A DNA stretch of 64,000 nucleotides from Hypanus sabinus (lineage: Eukaryota), in assembly GCF_030144855.1 (NCBI RefSeq), contig NC_082726.1:57288001-57352000 (forward strand). The letters run 5' to 3'. The notes beneath the pieces were generated by a model. That model ran no database searches and had not been told where the DNA came from. It worked only from the letters and a program-made list of their open reading frames with translations. The first letter of the stretch is position 1. Every line of letters begins with the position of its first letter. The position numbers and the translations under genes are program-made. Below, piece after piece: positions 51,486 to 63,565 of this stretch.

Positions 51486-52217
51486 GCAGATTACAATAAT
51501 TTAAGCTTGGACAGGGTTTGCCATCTGCATTCAGGCTGTATGATTCCTGGAAGAACCTCAACTCCCAGGAGCCACACCTACATGTCCTCTCTGGGGCTGT
51601 GCACTGTGTTAGTCATCATTCAGCAGAAGTCAGGAAGCCTTGCCTAGGAATATGATGCTAACATCACACTATTACAGCGCCTGTGACCTGGGTCCAATTC
51701 CCACTACGGTATGTAATGTGTTCGTAAGTTCTCCACATCATTGCAAGGGTTTTTTCAAGGTTCTCTGGTTTTGTCGCACATTTCAACTCCAGACAGAATA
51801 AAATGCCATAACGAGCAGTCCAGAATGGGATGCATCATGATGGAAATCCCCCCAAGCACAGAGGTACATCAAATGACCTTCCTTTTGAACAGCACAGAGA
51901 GAATAAAGCCCGCATAAGGAACAGCAACTTTAAGGAGGCAATAGCAAACCACCTCTGAAGAAAAAACTGCAAAGAACAATCATGGTCATGAGGCCATGAT
52001 CACCCATGTCAGACGATATGGCACGTAATGATGATTAAAGGAACAGGGGTAGGTCACTTGGATCTTTGTGTCTGCTCAACATTGAATAAGATCACAGCTG
52101 AACTGAACTTGGCCTCACTTCTACATTGTTGTCTGATTTTTGTATCTCTTAACAGCATCTCACCTTCTCCCCAACACACCCCCAGGCCAGGCAGTATCCT
52201 CAAACCTGTGCTCCAAT

Positions 52218-52417
52218 TTGAATTTCCAGCTGATTAACATGTCCGTGATTGACAAGCGGTAACAGACTGAGTATCCAGCTCCCCTGTATCCCCTGCAGAG
52301 CTGGGACTGCACCCAATTTCGGAGCCGCGCTCTCTCGACACCTTCATCCTACTCCCCAATGAGCATTCTCTCTTTAATGCGAACTTCAGAACAAACAAGG
52401 CCCTCACTCAATGGACC
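52218..52417 (+). repeat. Left arm of ~200-bp inverted repeat
   Basis: Reverse complement of 55081-55287, with ~7 substitutions and one short indel by manual alignment. Confidence 0.93.
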
Positions 52418-52910
52418 TCAAAGGACAATTAGAGCACAGGCCTCTGCAGCTTGCTGTAGATCATTGCACGAAGGTTTCCCGAGCACCTGTATTTACTAAT
52501 TGTTGTTTTAACAAGAGCCATTAAGCCCTTGTGCTTTCTGGTTAATTGTGTCAACTTCATTGTGACTGGCACGGGTTTTCCCCGCATTCGGTGATTATTT
52601 AAAGTGGACTCCCAATTAGTGCTCATTGTGGTATTGAGAATAACTTGTCTCATAGTGTCATTCAGTCGTGGATCAATGTTCTGTTCAAATTCCTATGTAT
52701 AATCTCTTGTTTCACCTCTAAATGGGAGTCTGCCACTCCTCCACACCTAAGTTCAGTCATTGCCAGCATGCACTGGGATAGTCAACAGTACAATTTTGAC
52801 ACAGAATAGGTAAAAGCCTATAAGAGCTCAGGCAGAGCTTAGAAATCCGTGTCCAGTTGGGGATAGGATTATCTGCAAAGTGAAAAACAGACAATGAGGT
52901 GAGGAGATAA

Positions 52911-53696
52911 CAGTGAAAAACAAAGGTTTTACTTTCTGAATAGTTTTGGATATATCTTATGGATTTTGGGCTGTTGATCATGATGGTACCATGAAATTTC
53001 CCTCTCATGCACCATTTTTGAAATCACCTATATTTGTTATTTCAATTCATAATTCAAGTCTGAATAAACAATGCCAAGATTAAGGAAGGCATTTTTGTTG
53101 GTCTATAAATCAAACAGGTCATCAATGACAGACAATTTAAAACACTTATAGTTGGACTGGAGAAAATAGCAAGGAAGGCATTCAAGGATGTTGTTGAAAA
53201 TTTCCTTGGCAACTACAGAGTACCAAACTGTGTACAGCTGGTTGAAAACATACTTCAAGCACACAGAACCATGAAGTGCACTATGTCACTAGGTTTTAAT
53301 TTTTTGCATTCCTATTTAGATTTCTTCCCTCCAAATCTTGGTGCTGTCAGTGATGAGCACGGTGAAAGGCTTCACCAGGGCATTGCAGTCAGGTTGAACT
53401 GGTATCAGGGCAACTGGAATCCAGCAATGCTGGACACTTAATTGTAGAACACTTAAGTGAGAAGCCTCAGACACTGAGTACAAATAAAAATCATCAACAA
53501 ATATTTTTGGCTTAGTTGAACTATTGTAAAGCATCATCACCGTTATGTAATTATATGCATTATACTCAATAAAAGTTAATTTCTTGTTTCTCCAAATTCC
53601 TACATATACAAGTAGCCTGACAACTTCAAGTAGTCTATCATAAACAAAAAAAACTTAAGAAGAAGCAACACTTTTGAAAAAATTTGTTGCCCAGTG
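52911..53696 (+). mobile_element. Chapaev3-like non-autonomous DNA transposon (~786 bp), TSD TAA
   Basis: Reads taa|CAGTGAAAAACAAA...TTTGTTGCCCAGTG|taa. The interior is colinear with the reverse complement of 7131-7799, including the decayed GAVSDEHGERLHQ-coding segment. Confidence 0.72.
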
Positions 53697-53811
53697 TAAT
53701 AACTATTTTGAGAAAAAATTAATGAAGCAAGAAGACACATGCCTTGGACTGCCTAGAAATGAATAAGGTCAGGTCAGATCCTTTAAATAAAGGAAAAGCT
53801 GTTTAAAACTC

Positions 53812-54306
53812 TTTCTACTTTCCGCAGGGATCGTTCCCTACGTGACTTCCTTGTCCACTCGTCCCCCCCCCCCCGTCCCTTCCCACTGATCTCCCGTCCA
53901 ACCTGATGGCATGAACATTGGCTTCTCTAACTTCTGTTAATGCCCCTCCTCCCCTTGTTACCCCATCCCTGACATATTTAGTTGTTTGCCTGTTCTCCAT
54001 CTCCCTCTGGTGCTCCCCCCCCCCCACCTTTCTTTCTCCCAAGGCCTCCCGTCCCATGATCCTTTCCCTTCTCCAGCTCTGTCAATCACTTTCGCCAATC
54101 ACCTTTCCAGCTCTTAGCTTCATCCCATCCCCTCCGGTCTTCTCCTATCATTTCGTATTTCCCCCTCCCCCCACTACTTTCAAATCTCTTAGTATCTCTC
54201 CTTTCAGTTAGTCCTGACGAAGAGTCTTGGCCCGAAACGTTAAGAGTGCTTCTCCCTATAGATGTTGCCTGACCTGCTATGTTCCACCAGCATTTTGTGT
54301 GTGCTG
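53812..54306 (+). mobile_element. Penelope-like element remnant with pseudo-LTR and hammerhead-like motif
   Basis: Encodes FRRDRSLRDFLVHSS and QPDGMNI (PLE RT/GIY-YIG flanking motifs). These are followed by a pyrimidine-rich tract, CTGACGA..GAAAC and the common tgctgcctgacctgct..cagcattttgtgtgtg end. Confidence 0.8.
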
Positions 54307-55080
54307 TTTAAGGCTGCATTTGTGTCTGAGCCCTGCACCCTCACTCCACACAATACAATTATGTGTAAGTGATATTAAATAACACTATATTAGCCATAGG
54401 TAACACTATATTTGGCATTTTTTATTACTTTTCCCCTGTACTACCCTGATGTACTTAAGTTTGGAATGATCTGAATGGATGACATACAAAACAAAGTTTT
54501 CGCTGTACCTCTGTGCATGTAACAATAATGGACCATTGCCAAATGCTCACAGAGGATCCACACCAAAGTTGCAGAAGTACGCCAGCAACCTATTAAGTAC
54601 GAAATCAATTAAACTTCCTAAGAAATTCCATTAGAAGAACAATATGCCACTTGATAGGACTTTAGGCTTGAGAGTATTGATAACCTATTCCTGCCATTTA
54701 CAAATTAGAGCACAGATGGTATATAGTAAATTTAAGGGTAGCATTATAAAATAATTTGTGGCAGGTGTTGCAGGAGAAACGTGTGAAAGCAGAGTTCAGA
54801 ATGGCTTTTAATTAGTAATTGCATTTTTGACTATCAAATAAAAATAATTGTGTTAAAGATGTTGTCAGTGCCGTGTGATCTTAATGTTCATCATGTGTGT
54901 GCATGTGCACGTACATATGTGTGCATTGTGCCAACGTGTATGTGTGTGTGTTTTAACTTTTTTGATTATCTTTGCCTTTGTACATAAAATGAAAAGAGAA
55001 AAAGCAAAATGTGCAATTGTTTTTGACTTGAGAATAAATGATAGAAAAATTAACATATAGAAGGGTTTGAGGACCGAGAT

Positions 55081-55287
55081 GGTCCTTTGAGTGAGGGCCT
55101 TGTTTGTTCTGAAGTTCGCATTAAAGAGAGAACGCTCATCGGGGAGTAGGATGAAGGTGTCGAGAGAGCACGGCTCCGAATTTGGGTGCAGTCCCAGCTC
55201 TGCAGGGGATACGGGGGAGCTGGATACTCAGTCTGTTACCGCTTGCCAATCACGGACACACAACCCGTTAATCAGCTGGAAATTCAA
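55081..55287 (-). repeat. Right arm of ~200-bp inverted repeat
   Basis: Reverse complement of 52218-52417. Confidence 0.93.
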
Positions 55288-58200
55288 GCAGGATGGCAGA
55301 AACTCAGAGCAAAGGGAGGATTTGAATAATTTATGCTCAACCTCTCAGAGCCTAATGTGCAAGTGGAATGGAAGTCTGCGAAAACCCTTTGCATTTGTCC
55401 CAAGGTTAAAGACTATTGTCACTCGTTTCAAGGCCCAATCTAGGTTTCTGAAAAATCATGGTGATGCTTCACAGTTTCAAATTTTAGAATTTGATCTTAA
55501 AGAAATGGTTGCACCTAAAGGCAGCGTAGCAGAGTAGTGGTTAGTGTAACACTATTACAGAACCAGTGAATGGGGCTCAGTTCCCACAGCTGTCTGTAAG
55601 GAGTTTATACCTTGTCCCTATTACCTGGGATTCCTGCAGGTTCTCTGGTTTCCTCCCACATTCCAAAGACAGGTTTGTATAATTCAGCAGTGCAGATTCA
55701 ATGGGCCAGAAGGGTCTGTTACTGTGCTGTAAATCTAAGTAAAATAAACTAAAATCATAGCCTAGTACAGCAAATCAAATGCACAAGAACGTAAAAAGCT
55801 GCAGGGAGTAGTGGACTCAACCCAATACATCACAGGCATATCTCTCCCCAGTTGATAGTATGCACATGAGGTACCGCCTCAAAATGGCGGTATCAAAGAT
55901 CCCTATCACCTGGATAGCTAATATCAGCTAGGAGGTATAAATACTAGAAGTCCCACACCACTAGGTTCAAGAACAGCTACTTCCCTTCAACCATTCAGTT
56001 CCTGACCAACAGAACCGGAATCACCTCCTCAGTACAGCAACATCATCTCTTTGCACTATAACAGACATCTTTTACTCTAATTGTGTCCTTTCTTGTAAAC
56101 TTTGTTTTTTTTTCTTATGAATGATGTCTCTGATTCAATATGCCTGTGGTGCTGCTGCAAACAAGTTTTTACTTGGACATATATATAATCGACCATAAAC
56201 TCGACTCTGACTTCAAATTGTAAGGACATGGATGTTGTTTATCAATTTTTCTGCAATTTTTAGGAACATTTATATGGACTAGATCACAGAAGCTGCCTCC
56301 ACCACTTCCCAAGCATCTTCATCTGAGCAGGGGAATTGTTCTGTGAATTACAGACTCATTGTGAGTTCCAAGAATCGTCAGTGACATGGAATATCCCTAA
56401 GTCAGAAACACTGTTGGGTAAAGTCACAAAAGTTTCAGTGGTAGGTAAGGTCTACAGGTTAGTATATATTTCAGCTAATTTTAGATCTTAGTTCATTAGT
56501 TAATTAGTATAGATCTGTATTACAGATGTCAGATATTCCAGACACAGGGGTTGCCAGACTTACAGAATGCTGCATAAGAAAGTTTCAGCCTGTATGGCGA
56601 TGTCACACATCAGTAAATGCAACAATGGATTGATAAATGTTGGCCAGAACCCTCCGTTACTCATCTGCAAACCTGTTGTAAAATCATTTACATGTCGTCC
56701 AACTAATTCAAATCCTGTATCACAATTTATGGGGCCATTCGGCCCATTGAGTTCATTCTGGTCCGCAAAGCAATCCCATACCCCTCTTATTGTAACTATA
56801 TATACTATACTGTAATATACTATTACAATATACTTACTGTAACCTATTGTCCCTCAATTACCTTCAGTCCCTTACATCCCCTTCTCTAATTCTCCAACCA
56901 CACCCCTTCACTAGAGTAATTTATGGTTACTGATTAACCTATCAACTAGGGAAAGATGGGGCCTGGGTTTAGTGTCCCAGCTGAGGGGTGCCCCCGCTCA
57001 TCGGACAGTGGTCTGTGTTATGTTTTGTGACTTCAAAATATTAACATTGGCGACGGGGTTTTTTAAAGCAAACCCAGGACAGCTACTGCCTGTTCAAACG
57101 CAGCGAGACTTTCAAGTATTTTTTAAAGCACCGTGAGCAACATCACAACAGAGTAGCACGTGCAAAGGTGTTGAGTTTTAATAAAAAGCACCCCTTGCTT
57201 AAAGTAAAGACAAAGTTGCACTCACATTTCAAACTCCTGCAACTTCTTTTGAAGTAGGTTAATATTCTGAAATTACAAAATATTACTGTCCGTCCAAGTG
57301 CCAGTCTAGATTCTGCACTCGTCTCCAGCCTTTAAGCCATAACACTGACAGAGCCGCCAAATTATGCACCGCTCACAACTTCATCACCTTCATGTTCCAA
57401 ATGATCAGAATTACCAGGATGCTGCCTGGATTTGAGAGCATGTTGTATAAGGATAGATTGAGCAAGCTAGGGCTTTCCTCTTTGGAGTGAAGGGGAATGA
57501 GGGGGATGACAGGGATGTACAAGATGATTAGAGGCACAGAGAGCATAGAAAGCCAGAGACTTTTTCCCTGTGTGGAATGGGTTAAAACAAGGAGGCATAA
57601 CTTTAAGGCGACTGGAGGGAAATATAGGGGAAATGTCAGACATAGGTGCTGGGCGTGTGGATCGTGCTGCCAGGTGGTGCTAGAGGGAGATACATTAGGG
57701 ACATTAAAGAGGCTCTTAAATGGATGAAAGAAAAATGGAGGGTTTTGTGGGATGGAAGGGTTACATTGATCTTAGAGGAGGTTAAAGTGTTGGAAGGGCC
57801 TATATTGAGTTGGTTGGACTGTTATACCTCCTATGTTCTATGTAACGGCAGAGACAAGATGAGCATCAGCAGATCTCCCTACTGTGTACTGTTTCAGTCA
57901 GATGTGAAACGTGGGCAGAAATTCACTGGGTAGCAGCCTGTCAATTGTAAGTTGGGTCATTACTGGATCTGAGTGCAGTAATCACATCCATTGGTGATCA
58001 GATCTGCACAGCAGCTTCAGGCTACAGTTTGGTAGGTCTAAACTGATAGAATTTCATTGGTCTGAAACATCTCTGTTTCTTTCTCCACCCTGTTTGCGCT
58101 CTTTCCAGCCCCGTTTGGGCACTTCCAGCCCCACTTGAGCCCTTTCCACCCTGTCTGTCCTGCTGCAGGCTTCCTACATCCGCAATGTTTTGCTTGCAGT

Positions 58201-61199
58201 ATGATAACCAGGAACGTACCGAGATAACGGAGTTGAGCACTTGTCTGGCACCGCACCAGCCTCACCATCCCACTCTTTCCCACTGCTCCAGCTGCTGGCT
58301 GGAGCCAGTGGCAGTGAGCAGGAGGAGGGAAAGAAAATCCCAATTAACTCATAGTCAGAGGCAGCCATGCTGAAAAGCGAGAATCAAGACACAGCTGGTC
58401 CACCTGGGTGGAGGATGAACAGAGCAATGCTGTCAAACACAGCAAGCCTGACCCTGTAGATTGCTTGCTGATCTGCTATGGGCTTCACAGGCTCTCTTGG
58501 ACAGCTGCCTTTGTACCTATCTCATTACACAGGTACCAGCAGACTTGGGGCAGGTAAAGCTTCAGCCAACTCAGTTGGCTAAAGGGATCAAGATTCTTCA
58601 AGTACCTCACTTCCCCAACCTGTTCTTTTGCAGTCACTTTTCTTGGTATTCTTAGAGATACAGCGCAGTAGCGGGTACTTCTGACCTGACGAGTCTGCGC
58701 AATCAAATTACATTGATGTAACCAATGAGCCTACTGCGAGAGGAAATCAGAGCACCTAAAGTAAACCCCCACAATCACGAGGACAACATTCAAACTCCTT
58801 ATAGGCAGTGGCAGGAATTGAACTTGTGTTGCTGGTGCTACAAAGCGCCACACTAGCCACTACACCACCGTGCCATCCAATCATCCGTTCTGTTCGAAAT
58901 TTCAGTCCCAGCTATTCCATTCTCCTTGGAACACCACTCCCTCCCCCCCCCCCCCACACCAAAGTGCAATGCCACATCCTCTGGGTGTGTTTCCTATGAA
59001 ACTTCATGTGTATCACAGCCTGGCATGACAATTTTGATGCAAAAGAATGCAAGAAAGCAGTGGATACAGACCTCCCCACTATAATCACGGATACCAGCCA
59101 TCTGTAACTGTAATACTTCATTCTGAACATATTCTAAATACTTTATATACATACCAATTTACCATCTGAGTCATGCCTTTTTCTTGCTGCTATCATCAGG
59201 CAGGAGGTACTGAAGCTTGAAATCCCATACCACCAGGTTCAGGAACAACTTCTTTCCTGTTGTTCCTTTCCCCACTCTGTGGCGCATCGGGCGGCAACCT
59301 GCTGTTCCACGTCCATTAGCATTTTATGAGGCCAAGTTTCTAGTTTGACACTCAACCCCAACACGTTTGGATAGTGTGAAAGGAATCAGCCAGATTCAAA
59401 CCCAGGACCATTCGCTTCCGTGTCCGGTGCTGATGCCACTACTCTACCAAATGGCAGAAACTACTTCCTTACAACCACCAATTTCTTGAACTGAACTACA
59501 AAACCCTAACCCTATCTTGGCAATGAAACACTCTGGCCCACTTCTTATACTACCATGGACTTGTGTGTTTTTGCACTAATATCTTGCTTTGCAGTCTTCT
59601 TCGCTGTCGAATGTAATTTATGTACAGTTCATGTATAATTTATATTGTCTGTGTCATCTGTACCTGAGTGTTTGTGATGTTCAGCAAGCAGAATTGTCAT
59701 TGTCCATGTATTCATCATACTTGTACACATGATAATAAATTTAATTTGACAAAAAACTCAATTGTACTGAAATGTTCTATGTTTTCTCCTTTAGGTTATT
59801 GTAGAGATACAACACAGTAACAGGCAGTCTTTCTAGCACAATGAGCCCACCTACCCCAATTACACCACCCATGTGACCAACCTGTGTATCTTTGGAATGT
59901 AGGAGGAAACTAGAGCACCCAGTGGAAACCCACGTGGTCCAGTTTGCCTACATTTGGCAAATCCCCTTTAAACATTTCCCATCCATTTGCCATGTTCTGA
60001 GCATAAGTAGACCAGTCTTGTGCCATAAGTTCTGCACAGGATGCCAACCACCATTCCAGAGTACAAGCTGCACAGGTGAGATGCAGAGTAAAACTCCCTC
60101 CACACCACCCTGTCACAAATAGCATTCCCACAACTCACTCACCTTAACCTGTACATTTCCTAGATATGGAAGAAACCCTGAGCACTCGGAGGAAGCCCAC
60201 GTGCTCATGGAGAGAATGTATAAACTCCTTATGGACAGCAGTGGGAATTGAACCTGGGTCACTTTCACTGTGAAATGCTACCATGCCTCCTCTTCTGGAA
60301 GAAGCCACTTATGGCCATCCATAAGAACCACTTTTTCATAATACTGTAGAAACTGGGTCTCTGGTGTATACCAGTGCCTACCTCTGTCAGTCCCCCGAGA
60401 GGGCTAATGCCCCTCACACTGGCCAAACCCAGAATAAACCAAACATAACATCCTCTATATACACATTCATGTCATATCCCCATCCTGCCAACTCATCATT
60501 GGCTCTATAAGCCTTGGATGCCCCTGACTAATCCCCGATCACCCACATTCACCCCATTCTCTCAGCCCCCCATCCTTTGAGAGCCCACTCATTCAGACCT
60601 CCAGTCACCAGCCCTCTGTGCCCACACTTGGACAATGGAATTGTTTTACCAGTTCAGTGGTGCTCTCCAGCAGAGAGAGTGATGACCAGAGGGGTCATGT
60701 TAAAACAAGAGTTGGAGGGAGTGGAGGAAACTTTGTGAGCTCCCATTAACTGGAAAGCACTTGTTGAAGATGTGTGGGAGCAGGCTCAAAGTGAACCTTC
60801 AGAAGGGAATGGGAAGAATACTTGACAAGGTAACACTTAAAAGATCTTGAGATGTCTTGGTTTTCACTAGTGGGAGGGCAATGATCAATTAGATAAGGAT
60901 GTTAATTAATTTGTTGAGCTACCGCGCAGGATAGTCCTTCCAGCCCCAATGTTCATCAACCCCCAATTCATCCCGAGCCTAATCATGGGACAATTTACAA
61001 TGACCAATTAACCTACTAACCGGTACATCTTTGGACTGTGGGAGGAAACCGGAGCACCCGAGGAAACCCACGTGATCAACAATAAGTGTCTGCTCCTCTA
61101 AGACCAAGATAAGAAGACATTTTTTTCTCTCAGAGGGTCGTGACAAATGGTATTAGAAACAGAGGCTGTCAATGCTTTGAGGACACCAGTACCTTTTTA

Positions 61200-62720
61200 A
61201 AAATTTATTTATTCATTTACGGGATGTGGGTGTCACCAGCTAGGCCTGCACTTACTGCCCATCCCTAGCTGCCCCTGAGAAGGTGGTGATGAGCTGCCTT
61301 CTTGAACCGCTGCAGTCCCTGAGGTGTAGGTACACCCACAGTGCTGTTAGGGAGGGAACTCCATGATTTTGATCCAGTGACAGTGAAGGAACGGCTATAT
61401 GCTTCCAAGTTAAGATGGTGAGTGACTTGGAGGTGGAATTCCATGTAGTGGTGTTCCCAGTTATCTGCTGTTCTTGTCCTTCTAAATGGTCGTGGTTGTG
61501 GGTCTGGAAGGAGCTGCCTTAGGAACTTTGGTGTGTTGTTGCAGTTCATCTTGTCGATAGTACACACTGCTGCAACTGTGCATCGATGGTGGGGGGATTG
61601 GATGCTTGTGGAAGGGGTACCAATCAAGTGGGCTGCCTTGTACTGGATGGTGTCAAGCTTCTTGAGTGTTGATGGAGCGGCACTCATCCAGGAGAGTGGT
61701 GAATATTCCATTATACTCCTGACCTGAGCCTTGTAGATGGTGGATGGGCTTTGGGGAGTCAGGAGGTGAGTTACACACCACAGGATTCATAGACTTTGAC
61801 CTGCTCTAGTAGCCATGGTGTTTAAATGGCTAGACCAGTTCAGTTTCTTGTCAATGGTAACCCCCAGGATGTTGATGGTAGGGGATTCAGTGATGGTGAT
61901 GTCACTGAATGTCAAGGGACAAAGGTTTGAGCCTCTCTTGTTGGAGATGGTCATTGCCTGGCACTTGCATGGCTCGAATGTTACTTGCCTCTTGTCAGCC
62001 CAAGCCTAGATATTGTCCAGGTCCTGCTGCATTTAGGTATAAACTGCTTCACTATGTGAGGAGTCATGAATGGTGCAGAACATTGTGCAGTCATCTGCGA
62101 ACATCCCCACTTCTGACCTTGTGATGGAAGGAAGGTCATTGATGAAGTAGCTGAAGATGGTTGGTCCTAGGACACTTCCCTGAGGAACTCTTGCAATGTT
62201 GTCCTGAGGATGAGATGATTGACTTGCAATCATCACAACAATCTTCCTTTGTGTCAGGAATGATTCCAACCAGCAGAGAGTTTTCCCCCAATTCCCATTG
62301 ACTCCATTTTAGCTAGGGCACCTTGATGCCATACTCGGTCAAATGCTGTCTTGAGTCGAAGGCTATCACTCTCACTTCTGGCGTTTAGCTCCTTGGTACA
62401 AGGAGGTGAAGAGGTCAAAAGGAACTGAGTGGCCTTGACGGAACCTAAACTGGGCATCCATAAGCCGGTTATTGCCGAGTAGGTGCTGCATGATAGCACT
62501 GTTGATGACCCCTTCCATTTCTTTGCTGATGATTGAGAGTAGGCTGATAGGGCAGTAATTGGCTGGTTGGACCTGTCCTGTTTCTTGTATACAGGACATG
62601 CCTGGGCAATTTTCCACATTACTAGTGTTGTAGCTGTACTGGAACAGCTTGGCTAGTGATGCGGCAAGTTCTGTTGCACAGGTCTTCAGGACTGTTGCTG
62701 GGATTTTGTCTGGGCCCATA
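61200..62720 (-). mobile_element. CR1/L2-group LINE RT and C-terminal fragment (family distinct from the main CR1)
   Basis: Encodes GPDKIPATVLK..NYCPISLLSIISKEME, AFDRVWHQG, VPQGSVLGP..FINDL..FADDCT and MEYSPLSW..LDTIQ. A (TAAA)-like tail is at ~61200-61218. Confidence 0.9.
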
Positions 62721-63254
62721 GTATCCAGAGCTTAGTACATAGATAGAAGGGATGCCGGGGTCTCCTGCTGAGCAGGGGATGCACTCAGATCCTCCATGAT
62801 CTTCTGAACGGTGAGCAGGTCCAAGTCTGATTCATAATTCAGTTCACATACATGTGAACAATTGTTAAAGTTCACAATAAACTAACAGTTTCTGAGGTAG
62901 GTAATGATACCTAATGAATATTGAAATACCTCAATAGGGTGGACATTGAAAAGATGTTTCAATAGTGGGGGAGTTTAGTTCCAAAGGGCACACACTCAGA
63001 ATACAAAGGTGTCCTTTTAGAACAGAAATGAGGAGAAATTTCTTTAGCCTGAGAATTTATGGAATTCTTTGCCACAGATGGCTGTGGAGGCAGAGGTTTT
63101 TAGGTTCTAGATTAGTAAGGGCGTCAAAGATTATTGGGAGAAAGCTGGAGAATGAGCTTGAGAGGGATAAGAAATCAGCTGCGATTGAATGGCACCATGG
63201 ACTCGATGGGCTGAATGGCTTAATTCTGCTCCTATGTCTTATGGAAAGGTAAGT

Positions 63255-63565
63255 CAAACACAAGAGGTTCTGCAGATGCTGCAAGTCTGAAGCAATGGGC
63301 AAAATGCAGGAGGAACTCAGCAGGTCAGGCACCGTCCATGGAGGGGAATAATCAACTGACATTTCAGGCTGAGACCCTTCCCCAGGACTACAAAGGAAGA
63401 GGACAGATAAGGGTGTGAGGGAAAAGTACAAGCCAGCAGGTGATACGTGACACAGGTGAGGGGGAAGCAGGATGGGTGGAGGAGGGGGTTGAAGTAAGAA
63501 GCTGGCAGGTGATAGATGGAAGAAGTAAAAAGCTGAAGAAGAAGGAAGCTGATAGGAGAGGACAG
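63255..63565 (-). mobile_element. Penelope-derived pLTR repeat
   Basis: Contains tctgcagatgct...ggaggaactcagcaggtcaggca...tttcaggctgagacccttc. Other copies lie at ~2315-2430, 3370-3485, 6993-7128, 19100-19205, 23485-23620, 30985-31235, 36200-36590 and 50975-51035. Confidence 0.75.

Noticed and set aside
52218-55287. Inverted repeat as the TIRs of the internal Chapaev-like transposase remnant
   Set aside because: The Chapaev-like element has its own termini and TAA TSD at 52911-53696.
55091-55537. 148-aa plus-strand ORF overlapping the inverted-repeat arm
   Set aside because: GTG start, no recognisable domain, and it runs into a SINE.
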